Assembly: GCA_031177685.1 (NCBI GenBank)
Contig: JAPSGI010000012.1
Location: 13,656-77,655 of the forward strand
Direction: 5' to 3'
Source: Solirubrobacteraceae bacterium
Lineage (GTDB): Bacteria > Actinomycetota > Thermoleophilia > Solirubrobacterales > Solirubrobacteraceae
Length of the DNA stretch: 64,000 bases
Both the position numbers and the translations under genes were made by a program. The notes under the pieces were generated by a model, which saw only the letters and a list, made by a program, of their open reading frames with translations, did not search any database and was not told where the DNA came from. This document shows positions 27,051 through 36,020 of this stretch, piece after piece. Position 1 is the stretch's first letter. Each line of letters opens with the position of its first letter.

Positions 27051-29438
27051 ATGACGGCATCTGGAAAGCCGAAGTACAGTGACTGGCAGGTCGGGCTAAG
27101 GCGGCGACTTGAGGTTCGAGCCGCGCTGGCCTGTGTCCTCGCGCTGATCCTGATGGCCGTCGCCGCCCCCGCGGCCAGCGCCGCGCCGTGGCCGTGTGAC
27201 AACAGCCCCTACATGACGCAGTTCGACGCCACGAACCCCGCCGAGGGCACGCGGCTCTTCCGTCTCGTACCCCAGCCCGATGGCACGATCCTGCGAGATG
27301 AGCTCGGCGCAGAAGCGAACACTCACCTGAACGCGATCGGGTTCCGGCCACAGGACGGGTTCATGTACGCGTTCGACAACACGAACACCAGGCTCGTCCG
27401 GATCGAGCAAAACGCGAGCGGCGAGCCGCTCTTCTTCCCGATCGCCCTGCCGCCAACGGCCACCATAACGAGCACCGTCGTGGGGGTGGTCCTCGGAGAC
27501 GGCAACTACTTCGTCTGGTCGGGCACTACGGGCGAGGTCTACGACGTCACGCAGGACCCGGCGGTCCTGGTGAGGACGATCACGGCAGTCGACCCCACCC
27601 AGGTTCCCAGGGGCGACATGGCCATCCATCCGGTTACTGGTCAGCTGTACTCGATCGACTTGGATCCGGGCGGCTCAACCTTCGGCGTGTACGAGTTCAA
27701 CTTCATCGGCAACACCATCGTGCGTGGCGACCGAGTCGGCGACTCGACCAGCGCGGGCGGCCAGTGGTTCATGGCCGACGGCACCTACATGCAGTACAAC
27801 AACGGCGGCCCGGGCCCCGACGGGAACGGCATCTACTCGCTCGACCTCGACACCGGGCAGTTGAGCTTCCGCGGATCCGGCCCGGCATTCAGCAACGCGG
27901 ACGGGACGTCGTGCGCCAACACGATCTTCGTGAGCAAGGACGCGGAGCCGCGAACGGTGGTCGCCGGCGAGGAGGTCGTCTACACGTACGAGATAACGAG
28001 CGCCGGTCTGACCGACAACGAGATCGAGTTCGTCGATCAGCTCCCGGCCGGTCTGACGTACGTGCCGGGCGGCGTGACGCTGGACCCGAGCTTCGGCACC
28101 ACCAACGCCTACGACGGCACGAACACCTTGGAGATCACGGGGGTGGTTGAACAAAACACAACCGTGACGGTCACCGCGAGGGTGCGTGTAGCACCCGACG
28201 CGGGATGTGACGTCGACCTTCAGAATCAGGCGTCGGCGACGGTCAGTCCTTCGGGGCTGCCGCCGGTGACCGTCGAATCGGACGACCCGGACACGTCCTT
28301 GCTCGGCGACCCCACGACGATCCATGTGATCTGTGAGTCGGATCTCAGTCTCCTCAAGACAGGGACACGTGCGGTGACGCCCGGCGGTCAGGTGAGCTGG
28401 ACGATCACCGCTACCAACAACGGCCCCAGCGTGAGCGCGGGCGCGACGATCACCGACGCAATCCCGGGCGGAGTGACGAACGCGACGACCTCCACACCCG
28501 GCTGCACGATCGCCGGCGGGCAGCTGACCTGCCAGGTTGGCGTGCTAGCGGTCGGTCAGTCGACGCAGGTGACGGTCACGGGCGACGCTCCGACGAGCAA
28601 GGCGTGCTTCTCGAACGTCGCCAGCGTCGCCGGCCAGCACGTCGATCCCAACCCGATCAACGACAGGGCCACGTGGCAGACGTGCACGCTGGTCTCCCGT
28701 TTCGAGATAACGAAGACGGCGAACGGGCAGCGTGTGATGTTGGGGAACCCGCTGACCTACACGATCCTCGTGCGCAACACCGGCCCGGACCCCTCCACGA
28801 GCACCACCGTGCTCGACCGGGTGCCGAGCCACCTCGACGTGCGCAGCGTCGCTGCGAGCAAGGGACAGTGCGCGATGGCGGGCAACCGGGTGACGTGCGA
28901 GCTCGGCGCAATGGCGGTGGGAGAGCAGGCCACGGTCACGGTGAACACCGTCGCCGTCCGGGCCGGCGGCGCGAAGAACGTGGCCTCGGTCACCGACCCG
29001 CAGTGCGAGACCCAGCCGTGCGTCACCGGTGAGGAGGAGACGGAGGTCACCAAGCCGAAGCTCCAGCTGGGCAAGACGGTAACCCCGCCGCGGCTGCGGG
29101 CCGGAGATACCGCGACCTTCCGGATCCGCGTCCGCAACCCGTCGCGCGCCACGCTCGACAACGTGCGGGTCTGCGACAGGTTGCCGCAGGGCCTGGTGCT
29201 CGTACGGTCGAGCCGGCGGATGAGGCTCGTCAAGGGTGCCTACTGCTACACCTACAGGCGTCTCCCGGCGCTCAGCACGCGAACCATCGTGATGAGGGTG
29301 CGTGCGCTGCGCGGCACCAGCGGCCGCAAGACGAACCGCGCGACCGCCACCTCGCCCGACGCCCGCGGCGCGCAGGCCAGGCGCTCGGTGCGCGTGCTCG
29401 GCGGCGCCGTGCTTGGCGCCGGTGGCGTCACCGGCTAA
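27051..29438 (+). CDS. Secreted DUF11-repeat (conserved repeat domain) surface protein with distinct N-terminal beta-rich domain
   Basis: GGGAGG, then ATG 27051. Signal peptide ...ALILMAVAAPAASAA. Several modules of the type LSLLKTGTRAVTPGGQVSWTITATNNGPS...ATITDAIP and ITKTANGQRVMLGNPLTYTILVRNTGPD...VLDRVP (DUF11). GC is clearly lower (about 57-65 % in sampled 60-nt lines) than the flanks. Confidence 0.85.
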   Translation: MTASGKPKYSDWQVGLRRRLEVRAALACVLALILMAVAAPAASAAPWPCDNSPYMTQFDATNPAEGTRLFRLVPQPDGTILRDELGAEANTHLNAIGFRPQDGFMYAFDNTNTRLVRIEQNASGEPLFFPIALPPTATITSTVVGVVLGDGNYFVWSGTTGEVYDVTQDPAVLVRTITAVDPTQVPRGDMAIHPVTGQLYSIDLDPGGSTFGVYEFNFIGNTIVRGDRVGDSTSAGGQWFMADGTYMQYNNGGPGPDGNGIYSLDLDTGQLSFRGSGPAFSNADGTSCANTIFVSKDAEPRTVVAGEEVVYTYEITSAGLTDNEIEFVDQLPAGLTYVPGGVTLDPSFGTTNAYDGTNTLEITGVVEQNTTVTVTARVRVAPDAGCDVDLQNQASATVSPSGLPPVTVESDDPDTSLLGDPTTIHVICESDLSLLKTGTRAVTPGGQVSWTITATNNGPSVSAGATITDAIPGGVTNATTSTPGCTIAGGQLTCQVGVLAVGQSTQVTVTGDAPTSKACFSNVASVAGQHVDPNPINDRATWQTCTLVSRFEITKTANGQRVMLGNPLTYTILVRNTGPDPSTSTTVLDRVPSHLDVRSVAASKGQCAMAGNRVTCELGAMAVGEQATVTVNTVAVRAGGAKNVASVTDPQCETQPCVTGEEETEVTKPKLQLGKTVTPPRLRAGDTATFRIRVRNPSRATLDNVRVCDRLPQGLVLVRSSRRMRLVKGAYCYTYRRLPALSTRTIVMRVRALRGTSGRKTNRATATSPDARGAQARRSVRVLGGAVLGAGGVTG

Positions 29439-29448
29439 CGGCAAGACC

Positions 29449-29474
29449 GGGGCGGGGGGGCCCGCGGGGGGGGG
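29449..29474 (+). repeat. G-tract cluster GGGG-C-GGGGGGG-CCCGC-GGGGGGGGG (20 of 26 nt are G; the G9 run is the longest homopolymer I noticed in the window)
   Basis: Counted directly. Starts 11 nt after the DUF11 stop (TAA 29436-29438) and ends 45 nt before the ATG of the small LuxR gene. Confidence 0.6.
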
Positions 29475-29478
29475 CGGC

Positions 29479-29504
29479 GCCCGGCCTCCTTCGGGAGGCC
29501 GCGC
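29479..29504 (+). terminator. Hairpin (CGGCCTCC-ttcg-GGAGGCCG, extendable by 2 bp) downstream of the DUF11 gene; possible terminator
   Basis: 8-bp perfect stem with a TTCG tetraloop. There is no U-tract, which is common for high-GC actinobacterial terminators but weakens the call. Confidence 0.35.
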
Positions 29505-29518
29505 CGCATCTTGGAGAG

Positions 29519-29929
29519 ATGAGTCGCCAAACCACCACCAAGGGGCGGGCCTTCCGGACGGGCGATCCTCTCACCCGCCGCGAGGTTCAGATCCTCGCGT
29601 TCGTCGCGGCGGGTTTGCCGACGGCGGCCATCTCGCAGCAGCTCGGGATCGCCGAGAACACGATCAAGTCCCACCTCACCAGCGTCTACAGGAAGACGGG
29701 CTCGCGAAACCGCGTGCAGGCCGCCCGCCACTACCTCGAGGCGTATGGCGCGCCGCGCGGGGCACCCGCTCCGCTCGCGGTCGAGCGCCATGACAGGCAA
29801 AACACCTCGCCGATCGCGCATCAGATGCGCGAGATCGAGGCTCGGCTCGACGCGCTCGCCCCCGCGAGCCCGGAGGCCAAGCGCCTCCGAGACGCGCTGA
29901 GAGCGCTGCGGGACATCGAGCGCGACTGA
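29519..29929 (+). CDS. Small stand-alone LuxR/GerE-family HTH protein
   Basis: GGAGAG, then ATG. LTRREVQILAFVAAGLPTAAISQQLGIAENTIKSHLTSVYRKTGSRNRVQA followed by a helical tail. No receiver or ligand domain. Confidence 0.8.
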   Translation: MSRQTTTKGRAFRTGDPLTRREVQILAFVAAGLPTAAISQQLGIAENTIKSHLTSVYRKTGSRNRVQAARHYLEAYGAPRGAPAPLAVERHDRQNTSPIAHQMREIEARLDALAPASPEAKRLRDALRALRDIERD

Positions 29930-29969
29930 CGGCAAGCGCCCGTTCCCGCGACAGCGGTACGTTGCACCG

Positions 29970-30758
29970 GTGGAGGTCGTCACGGCGAACGGTCTCGACG
30001 TCGCCTACCGGCGCGCCGGCGACGGGCCGCCGCTGGTGTTCGTGCACGGCGCCGCCGAGGACGGCCGTGTCTGGACGCCGCAGCTCGAAGCCCTTTCCGA
30101 CGAGTACACCGTCGTCGCGTGGGACGAGCCGGGCGCGGGGCGCTCGTCGGACGTGCCGGCGGATTTCGTGCTGGCCGACTACGCGAGCTGCCTGGCGAGT
30201 CTGATCGAGTCGCTTGGACTGGGTCCGGTGCACGTCGCCGGGCTGTCGTGGGGCGGGACGGTCGTTCTCGAGCTCTATCGCCACCACCCGGGGCTGGTGT
30301 CCACGCTGATCCTCGTGGACACCTACGCCGGGTGGAAGGGATCGCTGTCCGCGCGGGAGCTGCAGGCCCGGGTGACGGGCGTTCGACGGATGTTGGCGGC
30401 CCCTCCCGAGCAGTTCGATCCCACTCTGCCCGGCCTGTTCGCCGGCGAGCCGCCGGCCCAGTTCGCGCCGCTGCTGGCCGAGATGACCGCGGACGTCCGG
30501 CGGGAGAGCCTGCGCAGGCAGCTCGAGGTGATGGCGCAGGCCGACCTCAACGAGCTGCTGCCGCGCATCGCGGTGCCCACGCTCCTCGTGTGGGGCGAGG
30601 CGGACGTCCGCTCGCCGCTCGCCATCGCGCGCGAATTCGAGCGAGCGATACCGGACACGGAGCTGGCCGTCATCCCCGGCGCCGGCCACGTCAGCAATCT
30701 GGAGCGCCCCGAGTCGTTCAACGAGGCCGTGCGCACGTTCTGCCGCGCTCACGCGTGA
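29970..30758 (+). CDS. Alpha/beta hydrolase
   Basis: GTG start. ANGLDVAYRRAGDGPPLVFVHGAAEDG, nucleophile elbow GLSWGG, C-terminal IPGAGHVSNLERP. Confidence 0.9.
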   Translation: MEVVTANGLDVAYRRAGDGPPLVFVHGAAEDGRVWTPQLEALSDEYTVVAWDEPGAGRSSDVPADFVLADYASCLASLIESLGLGPVHVAGLSWGGTVVLELYRHHPGLVSTLILVDTYAGWKGSLSARELQARVTGVRRMLAAPPEQFDPTLPGLFAGEPPAQFAPLLAEMTADVRRESLRRQLEVMAQADLNELLPRIAVPTLLVWGEADVRSPLAIAREFERAIPDTELAVIPGAGHVSNLERPESFNEAVRTFCRAHA

Positions 30759-30841
30759 AGCGCCGCCGCCCGGCGAATCGGTAGGTACTCTCCGCAGCCT
30801 CGAACGGGGGGTTCGGGAAGCGGAGCGACTCGGGGGGTCAC

Positions 30842-33442
30842 ATGTTCAGGCGGGTCTCGGTCTTGGCCGGTGCAGTCGTGGTCACGGTGGTGGCCGGGAG
30901 CGCTCCGGCGCCAGCCGCGCCCCTTTCCGCGGGCGACGAGCGCGCGGTTCTGCGCGCGGAGGAGGCGGTGCGCCGCGACTGCTCCGCCGCGCTGCGGCCG
31001 GCGGGGACGCCCGGCGTGGCGACGCGCGCCTGGACCGCAACGGCGCCCGGACTGTTGACGGCGCAACTCCATGGCGGGCACGGCGGGGACTGGGATCTGG
31101 CCGTGTTCCGGCAGCCCGCGGCCGGCGCGCTCGCCGGTTCGACGTCGTTCACGTCCGAGGAGCAGGCGAGCGCCTGGGTGAAGCCCGGTGAGCAACTCGT
31201 CGTGCAGGCGTGCCGGCGAGTCGGCGGGGCGGCATCGGTACCGCTCACGCTGCGGCTGTTCGAGATGCCACCCCCCAGCCCATCGGCGGAGCGCTTCTCG
31301 CTGGAGTCCGTGTCGATCTCCGGCCTTCGCGACGTGGCGCGGCTGGAGGCGCTGGGACTGGACGTGACGCACGACGTGGGCCCGACGTCCGCCACCGTCG
31401 CGCTGTACTCGGACGCCGAGCGGGCGCAGCTGGTCGGCGCTGGCTTCGAGTCCCGCACGTTGGTGCACGACATGGCCGCGGCCGATCGCGCGGACCGCCT
31501 GGAGGAGGCGAGGGACCCCGAGCTCGCGGTGCCGACGGCGCTGCCCTCCGGGCGCACGGGCTACCGGGTCTACGAGGACTACACGTCCGAGATGAAGCAG
31601 CTGGCGGAGGCCAACCCGGGTCTCGTGCGCCCGCTCGTCCTCGGCACCACCTTCGAGGGGCGTCCCCTGGAGGGCCTCGAGATCGCCGCGGACGTCGCGC
31701 GCACGGACGACGGCCGCCCCGCCTACCTGAACCTCGGCGTGCACCACGCGCGGGAGTGGCCGTCGGGCGAGATGCCGATGGAGTTCGCGCACGACCTGGT
31801 CGACGGGTTCGCCGAGGGCGGCCGGATCAGAGACCTCCTGCACCGCGTGCGGGTCATCGCGGTACCGGTGGTCAACGTCGACGGGTTCCTGGTCTCGCGG
31901 ACCTTCGGGGCCACGCCGGTCGACGGCAACCAGAACGCGACGCTCGGGCTGAGTCTGGCCGACGCGGCCGCCTACAAGCGCAAGAACTGTCGCCCGCCCG
32001 CGGCTCAGCTGGCGACGGTGCCGTGCGTCGCGCGCCCCGTGGGCCTGGGGGTCGACCTCAACCGCAACTACGGCGCCTATTGGGGCGGCGGCGGCGCGAG
32101 CACCGAGCCGACCGCCCAGAACTACCGCGGCACGGCACCGTTCTCGGAGTCCGAGGCCGAGGCGATCCACCGGCTCTCCGCAAGGCTGCACCCGACGGTT
32201 GTGATCAGCAACCACACGTTCACGACGGGTGGCACGTGGCTGCGCCAGCCCGGGTTTCGCACCTTCGGCAACACCGTCCCGGACGAGGCCTCGATGAAGT
32301 CCCTGGGCGACGCGATGGCGGCGGCGACCGGCTGGGCGTCCCAGCTCGGCTGGGCAATCGGGGACATCACGGGCGCGACGGAGGACTGGAACTACTTCGC
32401 GCAGGGTTCGCTCGGATACACACCCGAGGGTCGCGGACCGAACTTCCACGGCGACTACAACACCGTCGTGGTGAACGAGTACGTCGGTACGGGCGCGCGC
32501 GCCGGGCTCGGCGTGCGGGAGGCGTTCCTGCGCTCCGTGGAGCGGGCCGCCGACCCGATCGACCACGGCGTGTTGACCGGCACGGCGCCGCCGGGTGCGA
32601 CGCTTAAGCTGACCAAGTCCTTCCGAACGCCGACGTGCCAGACCTCCTGCCAGGCCCCGACGCTGTTCGTCGACGACGTGCTCGAGACGCGCCTGGAGGT
32701 GACGGGTACGGACGGCTACGAGTGGCATGTCAACCCGTCCGGACGGCCCTTCGTGCCCAACGAGGTGTGGACGATGACCTGCCAGATCCCGGGTCAGCCG
32801 GAGTTCACGCGCACGGTCGCGGTGCGCCGTGGCGAGCGCGTGACGGTCGACTGGCGCGGCGGCGCGTGCGGCAACGAGCCGCCCGCGGCCGCGTTCGCGT
32901 TCGCGCCGGAGGCGCCCCGGGCCTGGGACGAGATCACGTTCACGTCGAGCTCGACCGATCCCGAGGACGCGCTCGCGTCGCTCGCGTGGGACCTCGACGG
33001 CGACGGCGAGTTCGAGGACGGCCAGGGTGGAGTCGTGACCCACACGTTCACCGAGCCGGGGACCCATCGGGTGGCGCTGCGCGCAACCGACGCGGCCGGC
33101 GCCACCGACGTCGCCGTGCGCGAGGTGGACGTCGCGCCGGCCCCGCCAAACGCCCTGCCCGTGGCCGAGTTCGGGGTCTCGCCGGCGAGCCCGCGGCGTC
33201 ACCAGGCGGTCGCGCTGCGGTCCACCTCCACGGACGCTGACGGCCCCCTCGTCGCGCAGGAGTGGGACCTCGACGACGACGGTGAGTTCGACGACGCGAC
33301 CGGCGGCGAGGTCACGCACGCATTCGCCCGCTCGGGTCGCCAGCGCGTGTGGCTGCGCGTGACCGACCGGCGCGGCGCGACCGACGCGACCTCGCGGTGG
33401 ATCGTCGTCCGCGGCCCGGGAGAAGAGGACGAGTCTCAGTAG
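30842..33442 (+). CDS. Secreted M14-family zinc carboxypeptidase with two C-terminal PKD domains
   Basis: Signal peptide MFRRVSVLAGAVVVTVVAGSAPAPAA. Zinc motif HHAREWPSGE, then DLNRNY and SNHTF. Two PKD signatures (WDLDGDGEFEDGQG...HTFTEPGTHRVALRATD and WDLDDDGEFDDATG...HAFARSGRQRVWLRVTD). Confidence 0.85.
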   Translation: MFRRVSVLAGAVVVTVVAGSAPAPAAPLSAGDERAVLRAEEAVRRDCSAALRPAGTPGVATRAWTATAPGLLTAQLHGGHGGDWDLAVFRQPAAGALAGSTSFTSEEQASAWVKPGEQLVVQACRRVGGAASVPLTLRLFEMPPPSPSAERFSLESVSISGLRDVARLEALGLDVTHDVGPTSATVALYSDAERAQLVGAGFESRTLVHDMAAADRADRLEEARDPELAVPTALPSGRTGYRVYEDYTSEMKQLAEANPGLVRPLVLGTTFEGRPLEGLEIAADVARTDDGRPAYLNLGVHHAREWPSGEMPMEFAHDLVDGFAEGGRIRDLLHRVRVIAVPVVNVDGFLVSRTFGATPVDGNQNATLGLSLADAAAYKRKNCRPPAAQLATVPCVARPVGLGVDLNRNYGAYWGGGGASTEPTAQNYRGTAPFSESEAEAIHRLSARLHPTVVISNHTFTTGGTWLRQPGFRTFGNTVPDEASMKSLGDAMAAATGWASQLGWAIGDITGATEDWNYFAQGSLGYTPEGRGPNFHGDYNTVVVNEYVGTGARAGLGVREAFLRSVERAADPIDHGVLTGTAPPGATLKLTKSFRTPTCQTSCQAPTLFVDDVLETRLEVTGTDGYEWHVNPSGRPFVPNEVWTMTCQIPGQPEFTRTVAVRRGERVTVDWRGGACGNEPPAAAFAFAPEAPRAWDEITFTSSSTDPEDALASLAWDLDGDGEFEDGQGGVVTHTFTEPGTHRVALRATDAAGATDVAVREVDVAPAPPNALPVAEFGVSPASPRRHQAVALRSTSTDADGPLVAQEWDLDDDGEFDDATGGEVTHAFARSGRQRVWLRVTDRRGATDATSRWIVVRGPGEEDESQ

Positions 33443-34317
33443 AGCACGGAGGGGAACCAGGCGCCCTGCGGCTCCTGGTAGTCGCCGCGCACCATGATGT
33501 TCATTGGCTTGACGGCCCGCAGGCCCTCGCGCAGGGACCAGCGGAACAGCTCCGAGCGCAGCGGGACCAGCAGCGCGATCGGCTCGCCGATCGCGGCGGC
33601 GGCTCCCAGCAGCAGCGCCTCGATGTCGTCGTCGGTCTCGCCCACGCCGTGGGCCATCGGCCAGAAGTTGGCCGCGGTCACGTAGGCGACGATGCGCCCG
33701 TCGCGCAGCGCGGCGAAGGGTGCCGTGGCGTGGACGGCGTCGCGCAGCGCGCCCGTGCGGGGGAACCCGTGCACCCGCTGGCACAGCGCGGCGCACTCCT
33801 CGAGGTCGTCCTCGGTCACGGGCCGTACGGTGACGGCGCCGTCGGGGGCGCTGCGGGGTTGACCCCTGACCAGCACGCACGACGTCGTGACCTCGAAGCC
33901 CAGCGACGAGTACAGCGACAGCGAGCGCATGTGAAACCCGTCCTGCAGCAACCGGATCCCGCGGGCGCCGGCGCCGCGCTCGATCACCGCCTCCATCAGC
34001 TTGCGTCCGATCCCCATGTTCTGGGCGGCGGGATCGATCGTGATCGGCCCGACGCCGTGGATCGCATCGCGCTCGTCGAGGAAATTCGAGCCGACTACCC
34101 GGCCGTCGACCTCCGCCACCATTCCCCACACCTCGGGATGGGGGATCCACGCCTGCATGATGCCCATGGCCGCCTCCAGCGCCGGGAAGTCGCGCGGAAA
34201 CCGGTGGTGGTCTTGGATACCGCCGAACGCGTCGAAGCAGATCTGGGCGCAGGCCTCCACATCGTCGGGCCCTGCCTCGCGCAAAGTCACCTGCGCGGCG
34301 GAAGTCGTCGCGGTCAT
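33436..34317 (-). CDS. Two-domain GNAT N-acetyltransferase
   Basis: ATG 34317 is preceded by GGGGGAGAG, inside track ORF 33436..34488. VTLREAGPDDVEACAQICFDAF..., ITIDPAAQNMGIGRKLMEAVIERG. Confidence 0.85.
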   Translation of the reverse strand: MTATTSAAQVTLREAGPDDVEACAQICFDAFGGIQDHHRFPRDFPALEAAMGIMQAWIPHPEVWGMVAEVDGRVVGSNFLDERDAIHGVGPITIDPAAQNMGIGRKLMEAVIERGAGARGIRLLQDGFHMRSLSLYSSLGFEVTTSCVLVRGQPRSAPDGAVTVRPVTEDDLEECAALCQRVHGFPRTGALRDAVHATAPFAALRDGRIVAYVTAANFWPMAHGVGETDDDIEALLLGAAAAIGEPIALLVPLRSELFRWSLREGLRAVKPMNIMVRGDYQEPQGAWFPSVLY

Positions 34318-34382
34318 CGTCTCTCCCCCGTGTCCGATGGTCGGCGCGACTCTAACGGCGGAGCGCCGCGTACGCTGCGCCT

Positions 34383-34781
34383 GTGGCGAACGTTCAAGTC
34401 GTCGAGCGCTTCTTCGACGCGGCAGCGCGGCGCGACACCGACGCGATGCGGGAGCTGACGGACCCCGACGTCGAGTGGCACACGACACGCGAGCTCCCCG
34501 GGGGCGGCGTCTTCCGCGGCCAGGCTGCGGTCGAGGAGGTCCTGCGCGACCAGGCCGACACGTTCGACGACTTCTCGGTGGAGCCGGAACAGGTTCGCGA
34601 GGTTGGCGAACAGGTCGTAGTGTTCGCGCGTCTGAGCGGCCGGATCAAGGGCACGGGCCATGCGGTGGAGCAACCCGTGGGTCAGGTGTGGACCGTCCGC
34701 GACGGTCGCGTGGTGCGTTTCCGCGCGTACCTGGACCGCGAGGAGGCGATGCGCGTAGCGCAAGAGGAGATGACGGGATGA
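34383..34781 (+). CDS. SnoaL/NTF2-like (ketosteroid isomerase-like) protein
   Basis: GTG start. VQVVERFFDAAARRDTDAMRELTDPDVEWH... and ...VWTVRDGRVVRFRAYLDREEA are typical of the NTF2-like fold. Confidence 0.8.
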   Translation: MANVQVVERFFDAAARRDTDAMRELTDPDVEWHTTRELPGGGVFRGQAAVEEVLRDQADTFDDFSVEPEQVREVGEQVVVFARLSGRIKGTGHAVEQPVGQVWTVRDGRVVRFRAYLDREEAMRVAQEEMTG

Positions 34782-35500
34782 GCGAGATTGCGCAGGGGAT
34801 TCACCGGCTCGGCAGCCGGTACGTCAACTGGTACCTGCTGGTGACCGACGCGGGCATCGTCGTGGTGGACACAGGGCTTCCGGCGCACCGGGAGCAGCTC
34901 CCGGACCTGCTGCGGGGAATGGGGCGCGGCATGGACGACGTGCGCGCGGTGCTGCTGACGCACTGGCACGCCGACCACCTGGGCAACGCCAACTGGATCG
35001 GCGCGGAGGCGGGCGTGCCGGTCTACGTCCACGAGGCGGACGCGGCGATCGTGCGCGGCGAGGAGAAGATGCACACGCCGAACTTCTTCCCGTACCTGTG
35101 GCGTCCCACGATGGTCCGCTACCTGGCCAGCGTCGTTCGCGAGGGAGCCGCGCGCGTGAAGCCCGTGGCCGGTGAGGTGCGCACCTTCGGCGACGGCGAC
35201 GTGCTCGACGTGCCGGGCGGGCCGCGCGTCGTGCACGTCCCGGGGCACACCGCGGGCCACTGCGCCTTCGTGCTCTCAGACCGCGGCGTGGTCTTCGCCG
35301 GCGACGCGCTCGCCACCACCGACACGCTGCGCTGGAAGGGCGACCCGCGGCTGCTGCCGATCCAGGCCGACCGCGCCCTCGCGCTGCGCTCGCTCGACCG
35401 CCTGGACGAGTTCGACGCGCCGCTGCTGCTCACGGGCCACGGCGAACCGTGGACACGCGGCGTGCGCGCGGCGCTGCAATCCGCGCGCTCGGCTCAGTAG
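34778..35500 (+). CDS. MBL-fold metallo-hydrolase
   Basis: ATG 34778 overlaps the upstream TGA (ATGA). HWHADH motif and PGHTAGH. It is the last 240 codons of track ORF 34001..35500. Confidence 0.9.
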   Translation: MSEIAQGIHRLGSRYVNWYLLVTDAGIVVVDTGLPAHREQLPDLLRGMGRGMDDVRAVLLTHWHADHLGNANWIGAEAGVPVYVHEADAAIVRGEEKMHTPNFFPYLWRPTMVRYLASVVREGAARVKPVAGEVRTFGDGDVLDVPGGPRVVHVPGHTAGHCAFVLSDRGVVFAGDALATTDTLRWKGDPRLLPIQADRALALRSLDRLDEFDAPLLLTGHGEPWTRGVRAALQSARSAQ

Positions 35501-35574
35501 GGCGGCCGCGGCGTTTCTGGACGCGCCGTCTGCGCTCCTGCACGTTCGCCGCAGTCAACAGAAAGGGGTATGCC

Positions 35575-36008
35575 TTGTCGTCGACCACGCGGGACATGGA
35601 GCTCAAGGGCCGCCATCGCGCGATGTGGGCATTCGGGCGATTACCCGTCGATGGTCGGCATGCGCGTGCTCGCCGTGGCGGCGGGCACGGGCAACGCCTC
35701 GATTCCGGCGGCGCAGCGCGGCGCGCAGGTCACGGTCGCCGACGAGCTGGTCCGGGTGTGCGGTCCCAACGGCACGATCGGCTTGCTGAGCTGGACGCCG
35801 GAGGGCATGCTGGGCGCGCTGTTACGACGAGCACTTCAAGGCGCGCTACGGGCCGACGATCGCGGCGCGTGCCAACGCCGAGCGCGGTGGCCGCGCCGCC
35901 GAGTTCGACGAGGCGCTGGACCGCTTCTGCGAGGAGTGGAACCGCGGCGGCGAGGACGGGGCACGGTTCGAGAAGGAGTACCTGCTCGCGGTCGGCACGC
36001 GGCGCTGA
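35575..36008 (+). pseudogene. Decayed class I SAM-dependent methyltransferase (two frameshifts plus at least two, possibly three, internal deletions)
   Basis: GAAAGGGG, then TTG 35575. Methyltransferase-like text is spread over three frames. Frame a: LSSTTRDMELKGRHRAMWAFG. Frame b, from about 35636: GDYPSMV-GMRVLAVAAGTGNASIPAAQRGAQVTVAD-ELVRVCGPNGTIGLLSWTPEGMLGAL. Frame c, from 35823: YDEHFKARYGPTIAARANA...FCEEWNRGGEDGARFEKEYLLAVGTRR*. Total length is about 434 nt against about 800 nt for intact members. Confidence 0.7.
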
Positions 36009-36020
36009 CCGGCGCCGCGC

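Noticed and set aside
29400-29438. C-termini ...GAGGVTG (DUF11 protein) and ...PSRFTG (DUF3494 protein, 60209-60229) as sortase (LPxTG) sorting signals
   Set aside because: There is no LPxTG pentapeptide, no hydrophobic segment and no basic tail after the TG, and both proteins simply end there. It may be a lineage-specific C-terminal motif, but two cases are not evidence.
26778-29518. Low-GC DUF11 segment as a bounded mobile element or genomic island
   Set aside because: I found no integrase, transposase, tRNA target or flanking direct repeats. Only the compositional shift is reported, as a finding.
30749-34150. 1133-aa minus-strand ORF
   Set aside because: It is antisense to the M14 carboxypeptidase/PKD gene and out of frame with the GNAT gene. 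No motifs and extreme Arg/Gly/Ala content.
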